Assembly: GCA_964016885.1 (NCBI GenBank)
Contig: OZ024740.1
Coordinates: 312,976,001-313,040,000, forward strand
DNA length: 64,000 bases
Direction: 5' to 3'
Source of the DNA: Eledone cirrhosa
Lineage: Eukaryota
This document shows, in pieces, positions 39,130-53,175 of this stretch. A model generated the notes under the pieces. The model was given only the letters and a program-made list of their open reading frames with translations. It was not told the origin of the DNA and did no database searches. Every line of letters begins with the position of its first letter. Within the stretch, counting starts at the first letter, position 1. The position numbers and the translations under genes were made by a program.

Positions 39130-39800
39130 CAGGAGGTGGAGACTGTTGATGAGTGTGGGGCTGAGAATGAATGAGATTAAGACGAAGTATCTGGTAGAGA
39201 ATATTAAGAAGCCAGAGAAGATTACTAATGTAGGCAGGAAGCCGCTAGAATTGGTTGACGAATTCCTGTATTTGGGAGCAAAGATTGGGAATACGTAAGA
39301 TGATGTGGTTGAGCAAAGCCTGGGCGGCGTGCCACAGCTTCAGATCGGTGTGGAAGTCGGACCTTCGTAAAGACCTGAAGATCCGCCTCTTCATTACTGT
39401 AGTGGAGTCTGTGCTGCTGTACGGGTCTGAGACTTGGAAACTGACCAAGAAATTCACTCAGATGGTGGATGGGTGCTACACGAGAATGCTGAGGATGGCT
39501 CTAAACATTAATCAGTATACACTGAAGATGAAGAACTCAGAGCTGTACGGGAGCCTCCCAAATGTCAGCTCGAAAGTGACACAGAGGAGACTGAGGTTAG
39601 CTGCAGATGCTCACCGACATCCAGAGTTGACACTGCACTCAGTGCTCCTGTGGGAGCTCCTGCATGGACACACTGGAAGAGGAAGACCGAGGTTAACATA
39701 TGTTGATGCCCTAAGGACAGGACAGACACTGGTCTCTCGGAGACGCAGGACATGGCAGCGATAACGAGGGACAGAAACCGCTGGAGAGAACTTGTCCATG
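39130..39800 (+). mobile_element. RTE-clade LINE 3' fragment (RT C-terminus)
   Basis: KIRLFITVVESVLLYGSETWKLTK...RMLRMAL...RRLRLA...GRGRPRLTYVD. Confidence 0.9.
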
Positions 39801-39822
39801 GAACTCGGGAATTTTACCCGCC

Positions 39823-39878
<56 letters not shown>

Positions 39879-40496
39879 CGGGTCACTCTTGAGTGCTACT
39901 GGTAACATGTAACCCAGTACAACCTGTCGCATAGTCGGGTCGTCGGCGACTAAACCGGCAACTCCACCAAGTTTACTTGGTGAGGAGGGTGAGTTTGGAC
40001 ACCCTGCAGGACAAAAAAACAAAACCTGACAAATGGTGGAAGAACTCATAAGAGTCAACGGCCATCCAAAAGTGTGTAAATATGTATATATACATGAACA
40101 TGTGTATGTATATGTATATGTGTATATACATGGATGCATGTGTGTGTATATGCGCGGGGACATAGAAATAGTCGGGCTGGACACCCGATCGCGCGGTTAA
40201 ATCACTGGGAGTGAAGGACCCCTAGCCTTTGTCACGGTATTCTTCTAGGAGAAGGCAACTCAGGAAACTGGGATAACTCCAATATAAAACCTGCGGCTCA
40301 GTAGTTACCGATGATGTTGATCTTTTCTTCTTTTCGGGTTATAGCTACTGTCGCTCAGAGAGTGGGATTGGCTCAGTGCACAGTCTTTCCTCACTTTAAA
40401 AAATATCTTCACGCACAGGCATTGCACGATAGAATTAATTAATAATTATTAATAACGGTATATCGTGCAATGGCCATCCTCGATAACGAGGGGGCA

Positions 40497-40544
<48 letters not shown>

Positions 40545-41759
40545 GGAACACAAATTAACGAGGAAAAGCCGGCTGGGTTGCAAACGAAGCACCTGGAGGG
40601 TTATGTTCATGCCAGTGAACGCCATGGGTTACAGAATCAATGAGATAGTTAAAATGCTTAGGATCTGGTTCGGGTCAGACGTCAAGATGGATAGAAATTG
40701 GAATGGCGTAGTGTAGCGAGTTTTAGCCAGGAATGTGCAGAGAGGAAGCTACCGCTGAAACGTTAGTAATAGGTAACTAATGAATGCATCACCTCCTCAT
40801 TTATCACCTCCTGACTCTGGTACTTTGACCTAATTTTCATTTATTCAGATTGGAGTGTCAACTCTTGTCACTTTTTGTAGACAGAAAACATTCCACTGAC
40901 CAGAAAATTTATCTGTTGCTAATGTTCTGTGTAGAAGCATCGGTATTCTGTGGTTGATAATTAGCAAGCACACATCAGTGATGTGGCCTCTGCAGAGATT
41001 CCTTGACGTTGTTGTTGCCGTTTATCAGCCATATCTTGTCACAAAGTGTCTCTTTGGAGAAACTGCAGTTCTGAGTCAAACAAAGATATTGTGCGCCTTG
41101 TATTGTAAATGTTGTTAGGTGTTCACGACCCTCTACCATTTGGGCAAAATACGGTCGGGGTCATATCGTCAATCTTTGTAATCTATAGAGACTTAATAAT
41201 GATCAAGAGCGACTGTGTCTTTATGGAGATTCTAGCCGCCGGCGAAGATCAATTGAACAGTTTATTCAGAAAGGTTTTCATTTCAATGACTATGGACAAC
41301 ATCAAGACATTTCTGACCCGGTATTACTATAGGAGTGCAAGACATTGCTGGTTCAGGCTATAGAAAAGCTACCAGCTAAGTAAATACTCTTTTGCGTGTT
41401 ACAGCCGACTGGCTGAGGCCATGTTGGGGCACTGCGACTGCACACCGACAAGATGACACCGTTCTGTATTCACTACTTCAGTGCCCAAGAATCGCTTACG
41501 TATGGAGTTGTGTCAGTCAGCTTTTGTCACGTGTAGGATGGATCCAGCCATCAGACAACTTCGTTATTAATCTATATTATAAAAGAAAAGCTGTTTTTCT
41601 GTCTGTCTGTCCGTCACAATATATGTAAGGTGGGGAAGTGGAGGAAACTCCTTTTTAAGTTGAGAAGAAAAGGGAGATAACTTTTGTCATGCTTATAGTT
41701 TATAGCAAGGGTTAGAGGTAATAAGGTAAAGATACGTTGGACGTAAGGTAAAAATATTT

Positions 41760-41940
41760 AGGCTGCTCACAGGTGCGAGCCCCACGAGGTGGAGTGGCTG
41801 TTTCAGCGCGTCTCCCTCGCCGTCAACCGGGGCAATTCATTCTCCATCCTGTCAGCTGGGACCCAGTGGTGGTGGGCAAGTTAGTTGGTGGTGGAGGATA
41901 CTCGTTCGGACGTCACTTCAACAACTAAAGTATATTTGGA
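41760..41940 (+). mobile_element. CRE-like element 3' terminus fragment
   Basis: Encodes WLFQRVSLAVNRGNSFSILSAG; downstream part repeated at about 31260-31350. Confidence 0.6.
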
Positions 41941-42962
41941 GTATTTCATTACATTTGAAGTATTTCATTAATTCCTGTGTCTAGATCAGGCATGGGCAAC
42001 CTTTTTCGAGAAGCGGGCCGCATGAGATATGGCTCATCATCAGGCGGGCCGCAAGCGCTAATTTACATTCGCGCCCACATTAAAAAAAAAAAGGGCGGTA
42101 ACTCAGGCTGTTTTGATTTGTTTCTTCTGAATTCGTACACGTTGTTTTCTTCTATCGTATAAATGATAGAAAGATAAATTACGACTGAAAAGTTTGGGTT
42201 AAAAAATTAGAAACATCTCACTTTCATTTAATCGTAGATTTTATTATTCTGCTATGGAAATTAGCGCCAAAAATCTTTCCCCGGAGAAAATAATTATTAT
42301 GAACGTTTGTTTTGTTGGATTGTTGTAGATCGACTCTGAGGCACATTGAAAATTACACGGTTGTTACCCCCCCCCCCCCCATAATTATATTTTCCTCCCC
42401 AAACTACCAAAACACTCATCTATTTGTATATGTGCTACAATTAATGTACATTTTGTGTTTATCGCATATCGAAGTTTTTTATATCTCGGTTGGTATTTGA
42501 TAACAGCTACACTAATCACTATAACTAAATTGACCCCCCTCTCCTCATTCAGAAATACTTCCACCGTCTCCTTTTCCCCCCACCCTTTCAAAACTGCTGG
42601 CCTTTTACCTAAATTATAAATCGCTATTATTAACTTTCGCTTGGCATGAATATAAATTTCCCATGACCTTACCTTCAGCCTTTTGACATGCAAACATTGA
42701 TTTGTTAAGTCCTTCTGTTATTGTTCGCTATTCTTTATATTAAATGTGTGTACTACCTGGGTGGTTTATCAGATAAGTTCCACCTAACTAGAACGTATAT
42801 AAGATCTCTTTCATTGACAGCAGTTAAATAGTATACGTTGTTATCATCATCATCATCACCATCATCATCACCATTTCAGTTTCAACTCCATTTATGATAA
42901 TAAATTCAGCAGAACAATTGAATAAATTGGTCAGTAGCTTTTACTGATTATTTAGACAACCA

Positions 42963-43589
42963 TTAGTTTGTTGTGGTTGTTGTTGTTGTTGGTGGTGGTG
43001 TTGTTGGTGGTAGTGTTGGTGGTGATGTTGGTGGTGGTGTTGATGGTAGCGTTGGTGTTGCTGTTGTTGTTGGTGGTGTTGTTGGTATGTTGTTGGTGGT
43101 GGTGTTGGTGGTGTTGTTGGTGGTGGTGTTGGTGGTGGTGGTGGTGTTGGTGGTGGTGGTATTGGTGTTGGTGTTGTTGGTGTTGTTGTTGTTGGTGGTG
43201 GTGGTATTGGTGGTGGTGTTGTTGGTGTTGCTGTTGTTGGTGGTGGTGGTATTGGTGGTGGTGTTGTTGGTGTTGTTGTTGTTGTTGTTGGTGGTGGTGT
43301 TGTTGGTGGTGTTGTTGCTGTTGTTGCTGTTGTTGTTGGTGATGGTGTTGGTGGTGTTGTTGTTGGTGGTGGTGGTGTTGGTGGTGGTGGTATTAGTGTT
43401 GTTGTTGTTGGTGGCGGTGTTGTTGGTGTTGTTGTTGGCAGTGGTGGGGGTTGTGGTGGTGTTGTTGGTGTTGGTGGTGGTGATATTGGTGGTGGTGTTG
43501 TTGTTGTTAGTGGTGTTGGCGGTGTTGTTGTTGTTGGTGGTGGTTGTGGTGTTGTGGTGGTTTTGTTGTTGGTGTTGGTGTTGTTGTTG

Positions 43590-43621
<32 letters not shown>

Positions 43622-43650
43622 GGTGGTGGTGGTGGTGGTGGAGGTGTTGA
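42963..43650. repeat. (GGT/GTT)n cryptic trinucleotide tract
   Basis: Low complexity; similar (CCA)n tract at about 53540-53860. Confidence 0.95.
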
Positions 43651-44499
43651 TCATGATGGTGCTGATGATGATTGCGAGCAATCAAACTTTTCTTTTCAGA
43701 TATAGTTTATCTTTATTAAACAGTAAAGAGTGATTTATGAGCGTTTTGAATGTTCTTTGTTGCAGGTTAAACAAATGCGTAGAGGATCATCTGGTCACTG
43801 GCTCAACAATGTTTCTATAAAAACGGGAAATCTGCCAGTTTTAGAACAGTTGATTATAATAAGAAAATGCATGGATGCATGCATGGGCCCGTAACACCCG
43901 AGGGAGTCGAAGGGCCGCCTTATTGACATACAGCGTTTCTGAAGCATTTCAAAATTGGCGGATCACATCTCCTCTCCAGGTTTGAATACAATAGATTTCT
44001 TCTAGAGATCGATAGAGTGAGTGAGAGAATGGAAGTGAGAAAGAGATATACAGGAAGGATCAACATCAGTACCTGACTGGTACTTTTGTATCGACCTCGA
44101 ATGGATGGAAGTCAAAGTTGACCTCGGCGGGATTTGAACTCAGAGAGCAGAGAGCCGGAACGAATACCACAAAGCATTCTATCCTGCGTTCTAACAACTT
44201 CGCCAATTCGTCGATTTTTCAATGACATAGATTTGCCGTGATACGTTAATTAGAGAAGAGAGGACAGTACCCACGGCCTTTTGTCAGCTTTCCCAAACTG
44301 GCGAGATTGATGCAGCCAACGTCCAGACTGAACATCTGAGAGCTAATGTCACCAGGTAAAATGTGTATCTGGAGAGGTCTGATGTCTGGTCCAGCAATAA
44401 ACAACCAGGGACCAGGTGGTGGTGTTGGCTCGGCTTACATAAAAATTACGTTTTCACCGAAGAAACAGAAAATAATTTTGTCTGAAGCGGTTACCCTAT

Positions 44500-44811
44500 A
44501 ATAGGGTCTCAAACATAAGGGCTCAAAGGGACCATTACGTTTGAAGGGACAGGCACAGTGGGCCAAAAGGGAAATGTGGGGTGTGAACGTGATTTTCATC
44601 AGTTATGATGCTAATCTGCAAAACGACAGGAAAATAGGCTACTTTTTTTCATCAAAATAAATACGCCTATGATAGTAAGCAGGATGTGTGAATTTGTACA
44701 AAATGTAGAGGAACAAATTTTCCATTTCAAATTTGCCTTAATTAGTTACAAAAATTGTTTTACTGTGGACCATTGAAAAGTAGTTGGCTGGCCGCGTGTT
44801 TGAGACGCCTG
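44500..44811. mobile_element. hAT-like MITE
   Basis: AGGGTCTCAAACA...TGTTTGAGACGCCTG inverted ends. Confidence 0.5.
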
Positions 44812-45362
44812 CATTATACAATAAACATGTAATTTATTAATGTTAAGCTTTTGTTAGCTTTCACTTTGGAGTTCACACCCTAAAATAAGTATGTAATGTC
44901 TTGGGTTCGATTCCTGTACTGGGTTGTGTGTTGAGTTCTTGAGCAAAACACTTCATTTCACGTTGGTTCAGTATACTCAACTGAATATGAGTACCAGCAA
45001 TAGTTGGGGATTTAACTCTGCGAAGGATTGGCGTCCTGTCCAGGGGGAAGTCTTGTGTTCTTTGTCACTTCACGTTACAGAAACCAAAATAAGCACAGGC
45101 CTGATGACCCTCCGGGCTCGAGAGATACTTTAGACTTTGCGTTTAGATGACCGAAAAATATGCCTGTTTTACTTTAAACTTTAATGGAGAGGAATGAGTT
45201 CTGACGTTTCTGGCAGGGTTCTTCTTCATTCACAGTCTTCCTGCATACTTTAATTTCCTGAAGAAGAGTTCGATCCGAAACGTCAATATTCACCTCGTCT
45301 TGTAACATACGAACTTATTTTATTAATTTTCCTAAGTATCGTTTTGTTTGCTAATACTTCCT

Positions 45363-45555
45363 GGTGGTGGATTGGCAGTATCGGTAGAGGGTCGGACGCC
45401 ATGCTTTGCAGCATAGAGGTATGCTCCTTTGCGGTCTGAGTTCAAATCCCGCCGAGGTTAGCTTTGCCTTTCCTTCTTACGGGGTCGATAAAATAAAGCA
45501 TCAGTAATGCACTAGGGTAATTGCTGGCCTTGTGACAAAAATAGAAACAATTATT
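45363..45555 (+). mobile_element. Family-A SINE
   Basis: Full-length match to the family pattern; other copies at 46048-46238, 54781-55000 and 56357-56574. Confidence 0.85.
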
Positions 45556-46834
45556 AGTTTCCTCATGCTATAGTTTTCTTTTCCCTTGCTGTTCACACTA
45601 AAACGGTTTTAAGTAATCCTAGCTACATGAGAATATATTTAACTTCATAGATAGCATTGATTAAATACTGTGCCAATAATAAATACCGTATATTTAGAAA
45701 ATGGTGAGCCGAATTTGGAAGATTTTGCTGTAACTTTGACTAAATAGAATAGTCTATTAACAGTAAACATAAGGTATGGGTTCGACTCCCATGTGAGCTA
45801 ATGCCTAACCTTTTCCGTTATTAGGCTATTTTATTCAGTCAAAGTTACGGCAAAATCTGCTAATTCAATTTTCAAATTCCGCTTGCATTTTCTTAAAACA
45901 CGTACTTTCTTTTTTTTTCTTTTTATTTATCCCTATTAAGTTATAGCTGTTAAAATATAACTTAAATGGAGTAAATGGGAGAGCACTTATCTGGCAAAAA
46001 CAGGTGAGAATTCGACCCACATATGTGCTGTGGGTTTATACAACTCGTTGTGGATTGGCAGTATCGGTAGAGAGTCGGACACCATGCTTTCCAGCATAGT
46101 TACGTCCCTTTACGATCTGAGTTCAAATCCCGCCGAGGTTGACTTTGCCTTTCATCCTTACGGGGTCGATAAAATAAAGTACCAGTAATGCACTGGGTAA
46201 TTGCTGGCCTTGTGCCTAAAGTAGAAACAGTTATTATTAGGCTATTTTATTTGGTCAAAGTTACGGTGAAACCTTCTAATTCAACTTCTTCCTCTGTTTT
46301 TCTCTCTCCCATCTCTCACCCTTCCCTCTCTTTCTCACCTCTCTTTCTCCCTTTCCTTTCTTTCTCTTTCTCAGCTGTCTCTCTCTTCCTCATCTCGCTC
46401 TCGCTCTCTCCCTCTCTCCTCCTCTCTCTCTTTATCCCCTCCCTTCATCTCTCTCCTCCTTATATCTCTTCGCCTCTCTTTCATCCTCTCTCTCTCTCTT
46501 TTTCGTACCTTTCTCATTTTCTCACCTCTCTCTCTCCCTCTTCTCTTTCTTTCTCCCCTCATCTGCCAGTTTCGTCTTTAAAATGTCCAACGTCTGTCCC
46601 CCACTGATTGACACACAGTTTCCCCAATAGTCAGCCATGATTAGTCGACTCTATTCTCTGACATGAAAGTCAGCACCAGTGTTATCAGACTATACAAGAA
46701 GACATCTTCTAGTCTAGACTTGTCATTACGCTGTGGTGTCATTTAGTCCGGCGTCGGGGACAGAAATAAATCGTTCGGAAAGAATAAAACTCACGCCTGA
46801 TATATTGCCTTTTGTGTTGGTTCATTATTAAATA

Positions 46835-49800
46835 CTAGCAGAAGAATCGCCCGAAGGGCGGTTTTCTGCTAGCATACATAGTGTGTATATTGATATACGC
46901 AAATATATATGCACATAGACATAATACGTAAATTGACAATATGCACATAAACTGAACAAAGACTGTGTTACACTTACTTCTGTAATCAGTAAAGTAATCC
47001 ATGATACATTTTTAAAAAAGGCGATAATGGAGATGGAAAAGCGATGAAACTGTTGACGGAAAATGTTCATGAATCTTCACTTGAGAATGTCGATGGGAAG
47101 CTTCAAGCAGTGAATTTGAAAATAGATGCTGCTGGTATGAATGAATGAATTACATTTACCAATATGAAGAGTTGACCTTCGCTATATTGTTGTTTTACTG
47201 TATTCACATATAGGCTTCTTAAGTTTTTGTAGTGTCCCTTTTCTAGCAGTTAAAAAGAAACTGAAATGCATTTCAACTAAAAGAGAGTGATAGCTGTTTC
47301 ACATCACTGTAGAATTTCTTTGTAGACACAGTTGTCAGCAAACAGACCCCTTTCATTTAATATTTTAATATTTTCTTTTTTTGTAACTCGTGATAATGCA
47401 ACATACATCTGACCATGTGAGAAGAATTGTGTTGGTAGATATACACCTATCTTTTCAAATGTCTGCCCTTGTGCCTTGTTGCATGTAAGGGCAAAGGCTG
47501 GTTTGACAGGAAATTGCTTGCGAGTAAAGGTGAAAGGGAACTCAAGCCCTTGAGATACATGTGGTATCCTTGGGATTAGCAACCTTGTTCCAGCATTGGG
47601 ACCCAATGCCACTTCAGCTTCAATTACATGATTATGTTAACTGATGATGATGTAGCGTGTACCATTGCAATGCCCGTTTAGAGGATCCAGATTTCTTAGA
47701 AGCATGATGCAACTGCCTTTCTTCAGTTTAAGTATGTGTGTTGGGAAGCCTGATGGGGTAAGTTTGTTGATGAACTCAATTGGATATTGCAGTTCATTAT
47801 CTACTGTGTCAGAGCTTCTGTAGATTATTTCATGATCAGGGAACTTATTGACCATGAACTCATTCACCAATCTTGCTGCATCATTTGTTGGAGTGCTAAT
47901 GGCTCTATTTTCAAACCATAGTGGGTTTGTGTAGTTTCCTGGAAGATTTGTATACACAAAATCACACAGTCCAGACACATTACCATATTCCAGACAAAGT
48001 TCATTTGGCAGAAGAATTGTGAATGCACCTACAGTTGGAATGTTACCATTTCCCATATCAAGAAGGTAGTTTGCAAACTGTCTTTCATCAGAATCCTCTG
48101 CATTAATTAACCGTTGATTGGTTGTCATCTCCATGGTTTCCACATAGTCCCAGAGACAGGATCTCTTGATGGTTGCCTCAACTATTTGTGGTGTAACACC
48201 ATGACGTACAACTGGAAGAATTTGCTTCCAGTCACCAGATAGTAATACTGTTAGACCACCAAATGGCTTTTTGCAATCTCGAACATCTTTGAAGCTCCTG
48301 CCAAGGCATTCAAAGATATGCTTATGTCCCATACCTATCTCATCAATGATTAGCAGGTCAGCTTGCTGCATAAGTTTACCTGTGTCATCCCTCTTTGTGA
48401 AGAAGCAAGTTGATTCAACAATCACATTGAGATGAATCTTGCTCTTGGAATGAAGAGTTCTACATTTGTGAAGCAAAGTGGCTGCTATTCCAGATATGGC
48501 AGTGGCAAGTGCAATTTCTTTTTTAGATCGGAGGTAATCCAATAGGATGTTTATGACATAGGTCTTTCCTGTACCTGCATTCAAGCAGAAAATTCTGCCT
48601 TCATTTTCATTTACAGAGGTGATTACTTTGTGAAAAATAACCAGTTGCTCAGGATTCAATGTTGGCAGAAGTTCCTTTATGTTTGCTTGCAGTTGGTGTG
48701 TATTGAAATCAGTTTCTGCCATAAGAACCCTGTTGATTTCTGGCATGGCAACAATAGTTGGGTCTGGCTGAGGAAGTCCATAGTTGGCATGAATGTCCAA
48801 GCCATCATGTTGAAGTCTTTGTTGGATCTTCTGTAGAACAATCTCATGACGTTCATGCATGATATCCTCTGCAAGACAATTCTTCCATTTCTCCCAGAAC
48901 TGCAGAAGGTCATTTGTCATGCTGTACAATAAAATGGTACAGAAGATCTCTCGCAGCTGAGGACCAAGCGTAGTGGATGAGGCCTCTTCCATAGCTTTTT
49001 CTTTTTCTCCATCTTCATCTAACAGACCAAGTTTCCTGCATGCTTCTTGGAATGTTGGAAATTCAACTCCTTCAATTGTCCTCAAATCTTTGTATGAAGT
49101 TGACCTAGCCTTGTGATGTAGGATCATCCTGAGGTAATATAATTCAGATTGATGTCTACTGAGAGATACTGTTGGAATGCGTCCAAGAGATTCACTCATA
49201 AATTGTTGATCACCATCCAGATGTCCCTTTTTCTTCTTTGCCACTTTTTGTTTGTCCAAGTGAAATATTTAGGAATATCAATATACAATATGTTTTGTGC
49301 CAGTGGATCTCTAATATTCAGTTGAAAATATTCCGCCAACTTAGTCTTTGGCTGTCCCCTAGAAACAATACTTTCTTCCTGCCCTCGCTCATACACGACC
49401 ATTTGTTCCCCAGGTAAATGGCAAGGCAACTTTTCAAGTGGAGGTTTTCGATGATGAAATGGAAATTTATAGATTCTCCAGAATGCTTCACTGGTTGAGA
49501 TGTACTGTGCATTGATATAGGTCTCAATCTCATTTTGGGCATGGACACAATTTCCTTGATCATTCTTAATAGTGAAAGTGATCTTGTCTGATCCTTTTGT
49601 GATGTACTTATATAAGTACTTAACAGCCTTGACACTGTGGTCAACCTCACAATTGATGTGGCACTGATATCTCAATGAGAGGAAAGGGTTGTATGGAACA
49701 ATCCAACGATTATCAACAGTAAATTCTTGACCTTTAAGTTAGATTGTATGGGTGTGACCACCATGCTGTCTATCCCCTTTTCTATACTCTGGAAAGGAAT

Positions 49801-50110
49801 TTTCGGCAACAATAGTTTGTCTGAATGCCTTGGTATAACTTTTTGAGCAATGGCGTTGTTGTCCTAGCCCTTCCATACATGAGCACATCATATTAGCTTG
49901 TCCACATGGGCCATGAATGTTGCAGGATGTGATGATCTTATGCAGAATTGGATTGGTCTCTTTATCAGGAATCTCACAGTACACTACCTGATCAATGGCA
50001 TCAGCAGTTTTGGGCTTGCTATCTTCAGCCATTATCAGCAGAATATGAGCAAGAGTGATGCCTCGTTTTCTGCCACTCTATTGTAGGAGAATGAGCCACA
50101 ACCCTTCCTA
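46835..50110 (-). mobile_element. Decayed, 5'-truncated autonomous Helitron (RepHel)
   Basis: Frameshifted ORFs 49739-50032 (IHGPCG), 49196-49675 (HINCE...KYLYKYITKGSD Rep motif), 47637-49259 (Pif1 helicase: GTGKT, IIDEI, GDWKQILPV, MLLRNLD...CNGTR), 47304-47612 (QFPV.PAFALTCNKAQGQT, HGQMYVALSRV); 3' hairpin and CTAG at 46835. Confidence 0.95.
47304..50032 (-). pseudogene. RepHel (HUH Rep + Pif1 helicase) pseudogene
   Basis: At least four reading-frame segments, shortened Walker A region (NAGTGKT), degenerate HUH motif near 50050. Confidence 0.9.
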
Positions 50111-50668
50111 GGACATTTGTTTTCCAGTATGTAAGGATTTTCTTGACCTCAATTCCATATATTTTAAAATCTAGTACTTATTTTATTGATCTCTTCTATT
50201 CTCTTTGAAACGTATGTGTGTGTCTATGTGTTCATATGTATGATGGTACCCTATCGCTTGCGAGGAGGATTCTTCCAGCTAGGATTCACAAATGGAACTG
50301 CCTGAAATTAAGGTGAGAGTGTCTGAGCATTCCATAGACACGTATAACAGAGGGTTTCGGGGTAGGGCTACATTGGTTCTTCGACGTACTGGCAGAGTAC
50401 ACTTTCTTTAACTTCAGTGGAGAGAAGAAAAGCAAAATAAAGTGTCTTGCTCAAGAACACAATGCACTGATGGGATTCGAACTCTCAACATTACAATCAC
50501 GTGACACACACACGGAAATAACGCACACACATATGCACACATACACAGATACAGTAACACACATATGCACACACACACACACATAAGGAAACAGATACAC
50601 ACACATATACATATATATACACATATGCACACACACAGATACACACATATACACACACATAAATACAC

Positions 50669-50739
<71 letters not shown>

Positions 50740-50970
50740 AAGTGAGTCTATGTACTTATGCAATGGTAAAAAGAATATACCCCTGTGGATTGAATCATTG
50801 GTACTGTAGTAAATTATCCTTTCCTTATTTCCACATCTTCACATACATACACACAGCCACGTATACAGATAACCACACTATCGTCTATCTTTCTATCTAC
50901 ATACCTATATATATCTATGTATCGATCTATCGACCTATCTATCTACCTGCCAACCTACCTGTCTATCCAC

Positions 50971-51041
<71 letters not shown>

Positions 51042-51182
51042 CTATTCTAGAGAGTGTGTCCGTCAGATGTATTATTACATTTCAAGAATTACGAAGAATT
51101 TGCAAGTTACTTCATCCGGGGAGGATTAATAATGGCTTCACTAACCTCGGAAGACGATTTGTGTGTGTGGTATGTATGTGTG

Positions 51183-51232
<50 letters not shown>

Positions 51233-51244
51233 CGCATGCACAGT

Positions 51245-51555
51245 ACGGACCGGCTTCGCGCATGCGCACTTCGGACCAGCCTTCGCGCATGCGCAGTATG
51301 GACCAGCCTTCGCGCATGCGCAGCACAGACCAGCCACCGCGCTTGCGCAGTACCAACAAGCCACCGCGCATGCACATTTCGGACCACCTTCGCGCATGCG
51401 CATTTCGGACCAACCTTCGCGCATTCGCAGTACGGACCAGCCATCATGTATGTGCTGTACGGACCAGCCTTCTCGCATGCGCAGTACGGACCAGCCTTCG
51501 TGCATGCGCACTTCGGATGAGACTTCACGCTTTCGCACTTCGGACCAGACTTCGC
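51245..51555. repeat. 27-bp CpG-rich minisatellite (about 11-12 units)
   Basis: Unit CGGACCAGCCTTCGCGCATGCGCAGTA; flanked by about 130-bp direct repeats at 51055-51190 and 51596-51725. Confidence 0.92.
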
Positions 51556-51834
51556 CTATATATATGTCTATCTATGAATAGATATATGTGTGTGTGTGTG
51601 TCCGTTATATGTATAATTGCATTTCAAGAATTACGAAGAATTTGCAAGTTACTTCACCTGGGGAGGATTAATAATAGCTTCACTAACTTCGGAACACGAT
51701 TTGTGTGTGGTGTGGTATGTATGTGTGTGTGTATATATATAAATATATATGTATGTGTGTGTGTCTGCATCAGACATAATTTATATGCTATTACATTTAT
51801 ATATATCTAATCAATGCCGTACAACAGTGCTTAA

Positions 51835-52492
51835 TCTAAACTATAATAAAGTAAGAAGCGCGGGACTGCGTACGGTTTATCATTTTTTATCCGCTTCGTA
51901 AAATTATTTGGATTACTTTGAATAAATAATGAATGAATATTACATAAATTATCTACTAAATTTCGTGGCTGTTCATTAAATATATTTTATTACTTATTTA
52001 AAGATTCACTTCTTTAAAATTTTCAAATGTCAACACTTCCGGTTAGCGATCGTATAAATATTCATATATTTCTGTCACTAATTTTCTCCTAATGCAGTTT
52101 ATATATAATATCGTCTTTTTTTAAGGTATCATGGATTACGTTACTGATTACATAAGTCAGTGTAACACAGTCTTCGTTCAATTTCTGTGTATATTGTCAA
52201 TTACGATTTTATTTGATCATATCTACATACATATATACTTGCGTATAATATCAATATACACACTACACATGCTAGCAGATATATAATATCGTCTTTTTTT
52301 TAATGCATCATGGATTGCGTTACTGATTACAGAGGACAGTGTAACACAGTCTTCGTTCAATTTCTGTGTATATTGTCAATTACGGTTTTATTTGATGTAT
52401 CATATCTACATGTATATATACTTGCGTATAATATCAATATACACACTACATAAGCCAGCAGAAAACCACCCGAAGCGTGGTTTTTCTGCTAG
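51835..52492 (+). mobile_element. Non-autonomous Helitron related to the RepHel element's 3' end
   Basis: A|TCTAAACTATAATAAAG start; hairpin CAGAAAACCAC...GTGGTTTTTCTG then CTAG|T; internal tandem duplication; 3' region similar to 46835-47020. Confidence 0.85.
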
Positions 52493-52758
52493 TTATATTA
52501 GATGATTTAAAAAAAAAGAGTTAATAAATAAATAAAGAATTAATAAATAAATAAAACGTTATACTTGTTTTACCCTCCCATTTCCAATTAAACTGAACGC
52601 TATCATGACTGTATGTGTGTGTTTGTGTAAATGTATATGTGTGAATGTATGTATGTTTGTGTGAAAGTATGTGTGAATGTATGTGTATTTGTGGGAATTA
52701 TGTCCGTGAGTGTGTAATTTTATTAGTTTGTGTTTGCGCCATTATAGTTATATACTCA

Positions 52759-53175
52759 CTTGCAGTGGTACCCGGCGTTGCACGGGATAAGGTATTTTGG
52801 AACGCGGGCCGCCAACAGACCTAATCGAGGAAAAACTGCATGCTTGGACAATATGTAAAGAAAATAAACCGAATACTCTGATGGCTGGATAATCTTTAAG
52901 ATTTTCCTCGATAAAGCAGGAAAAATGCAGGTTTTCACCTAATGCGGGCCCTAGGGGATCAAGAAAATGAATTTTTTTTATGTGCATAATATGCTTTGTA
53001 ATTTCGAGAAAATCGGCTAGACGTAACGCCTCAAAAAAGCCCTAAAAAGGTGAAAAAATGAAATTTTTCACCTAATGCAGGCCCTAGGGGATCAAAAAGT
53101 TGAATTTTTTAATGTGCGTTTTAGGGATTAAAACTCACACACACAGACAGACATTCTCAGTTCTACATATATAGA
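52759..53175 (-). mobile_element. Non-autonomous Helitron, same family as 6341-6836
   Basis: Highly similar to 6341-6836 with an internal deletion; 3' CTAG mutated to CAAG. Confidence 0.85.

Noticed and set aside
42941-43685. Long Thr/Pro/Asn/Val-rich ORFs (mucin-like)
   Set aside because: Open on both strands because (GGT/GTT)n lacks stops; no splice or domain support
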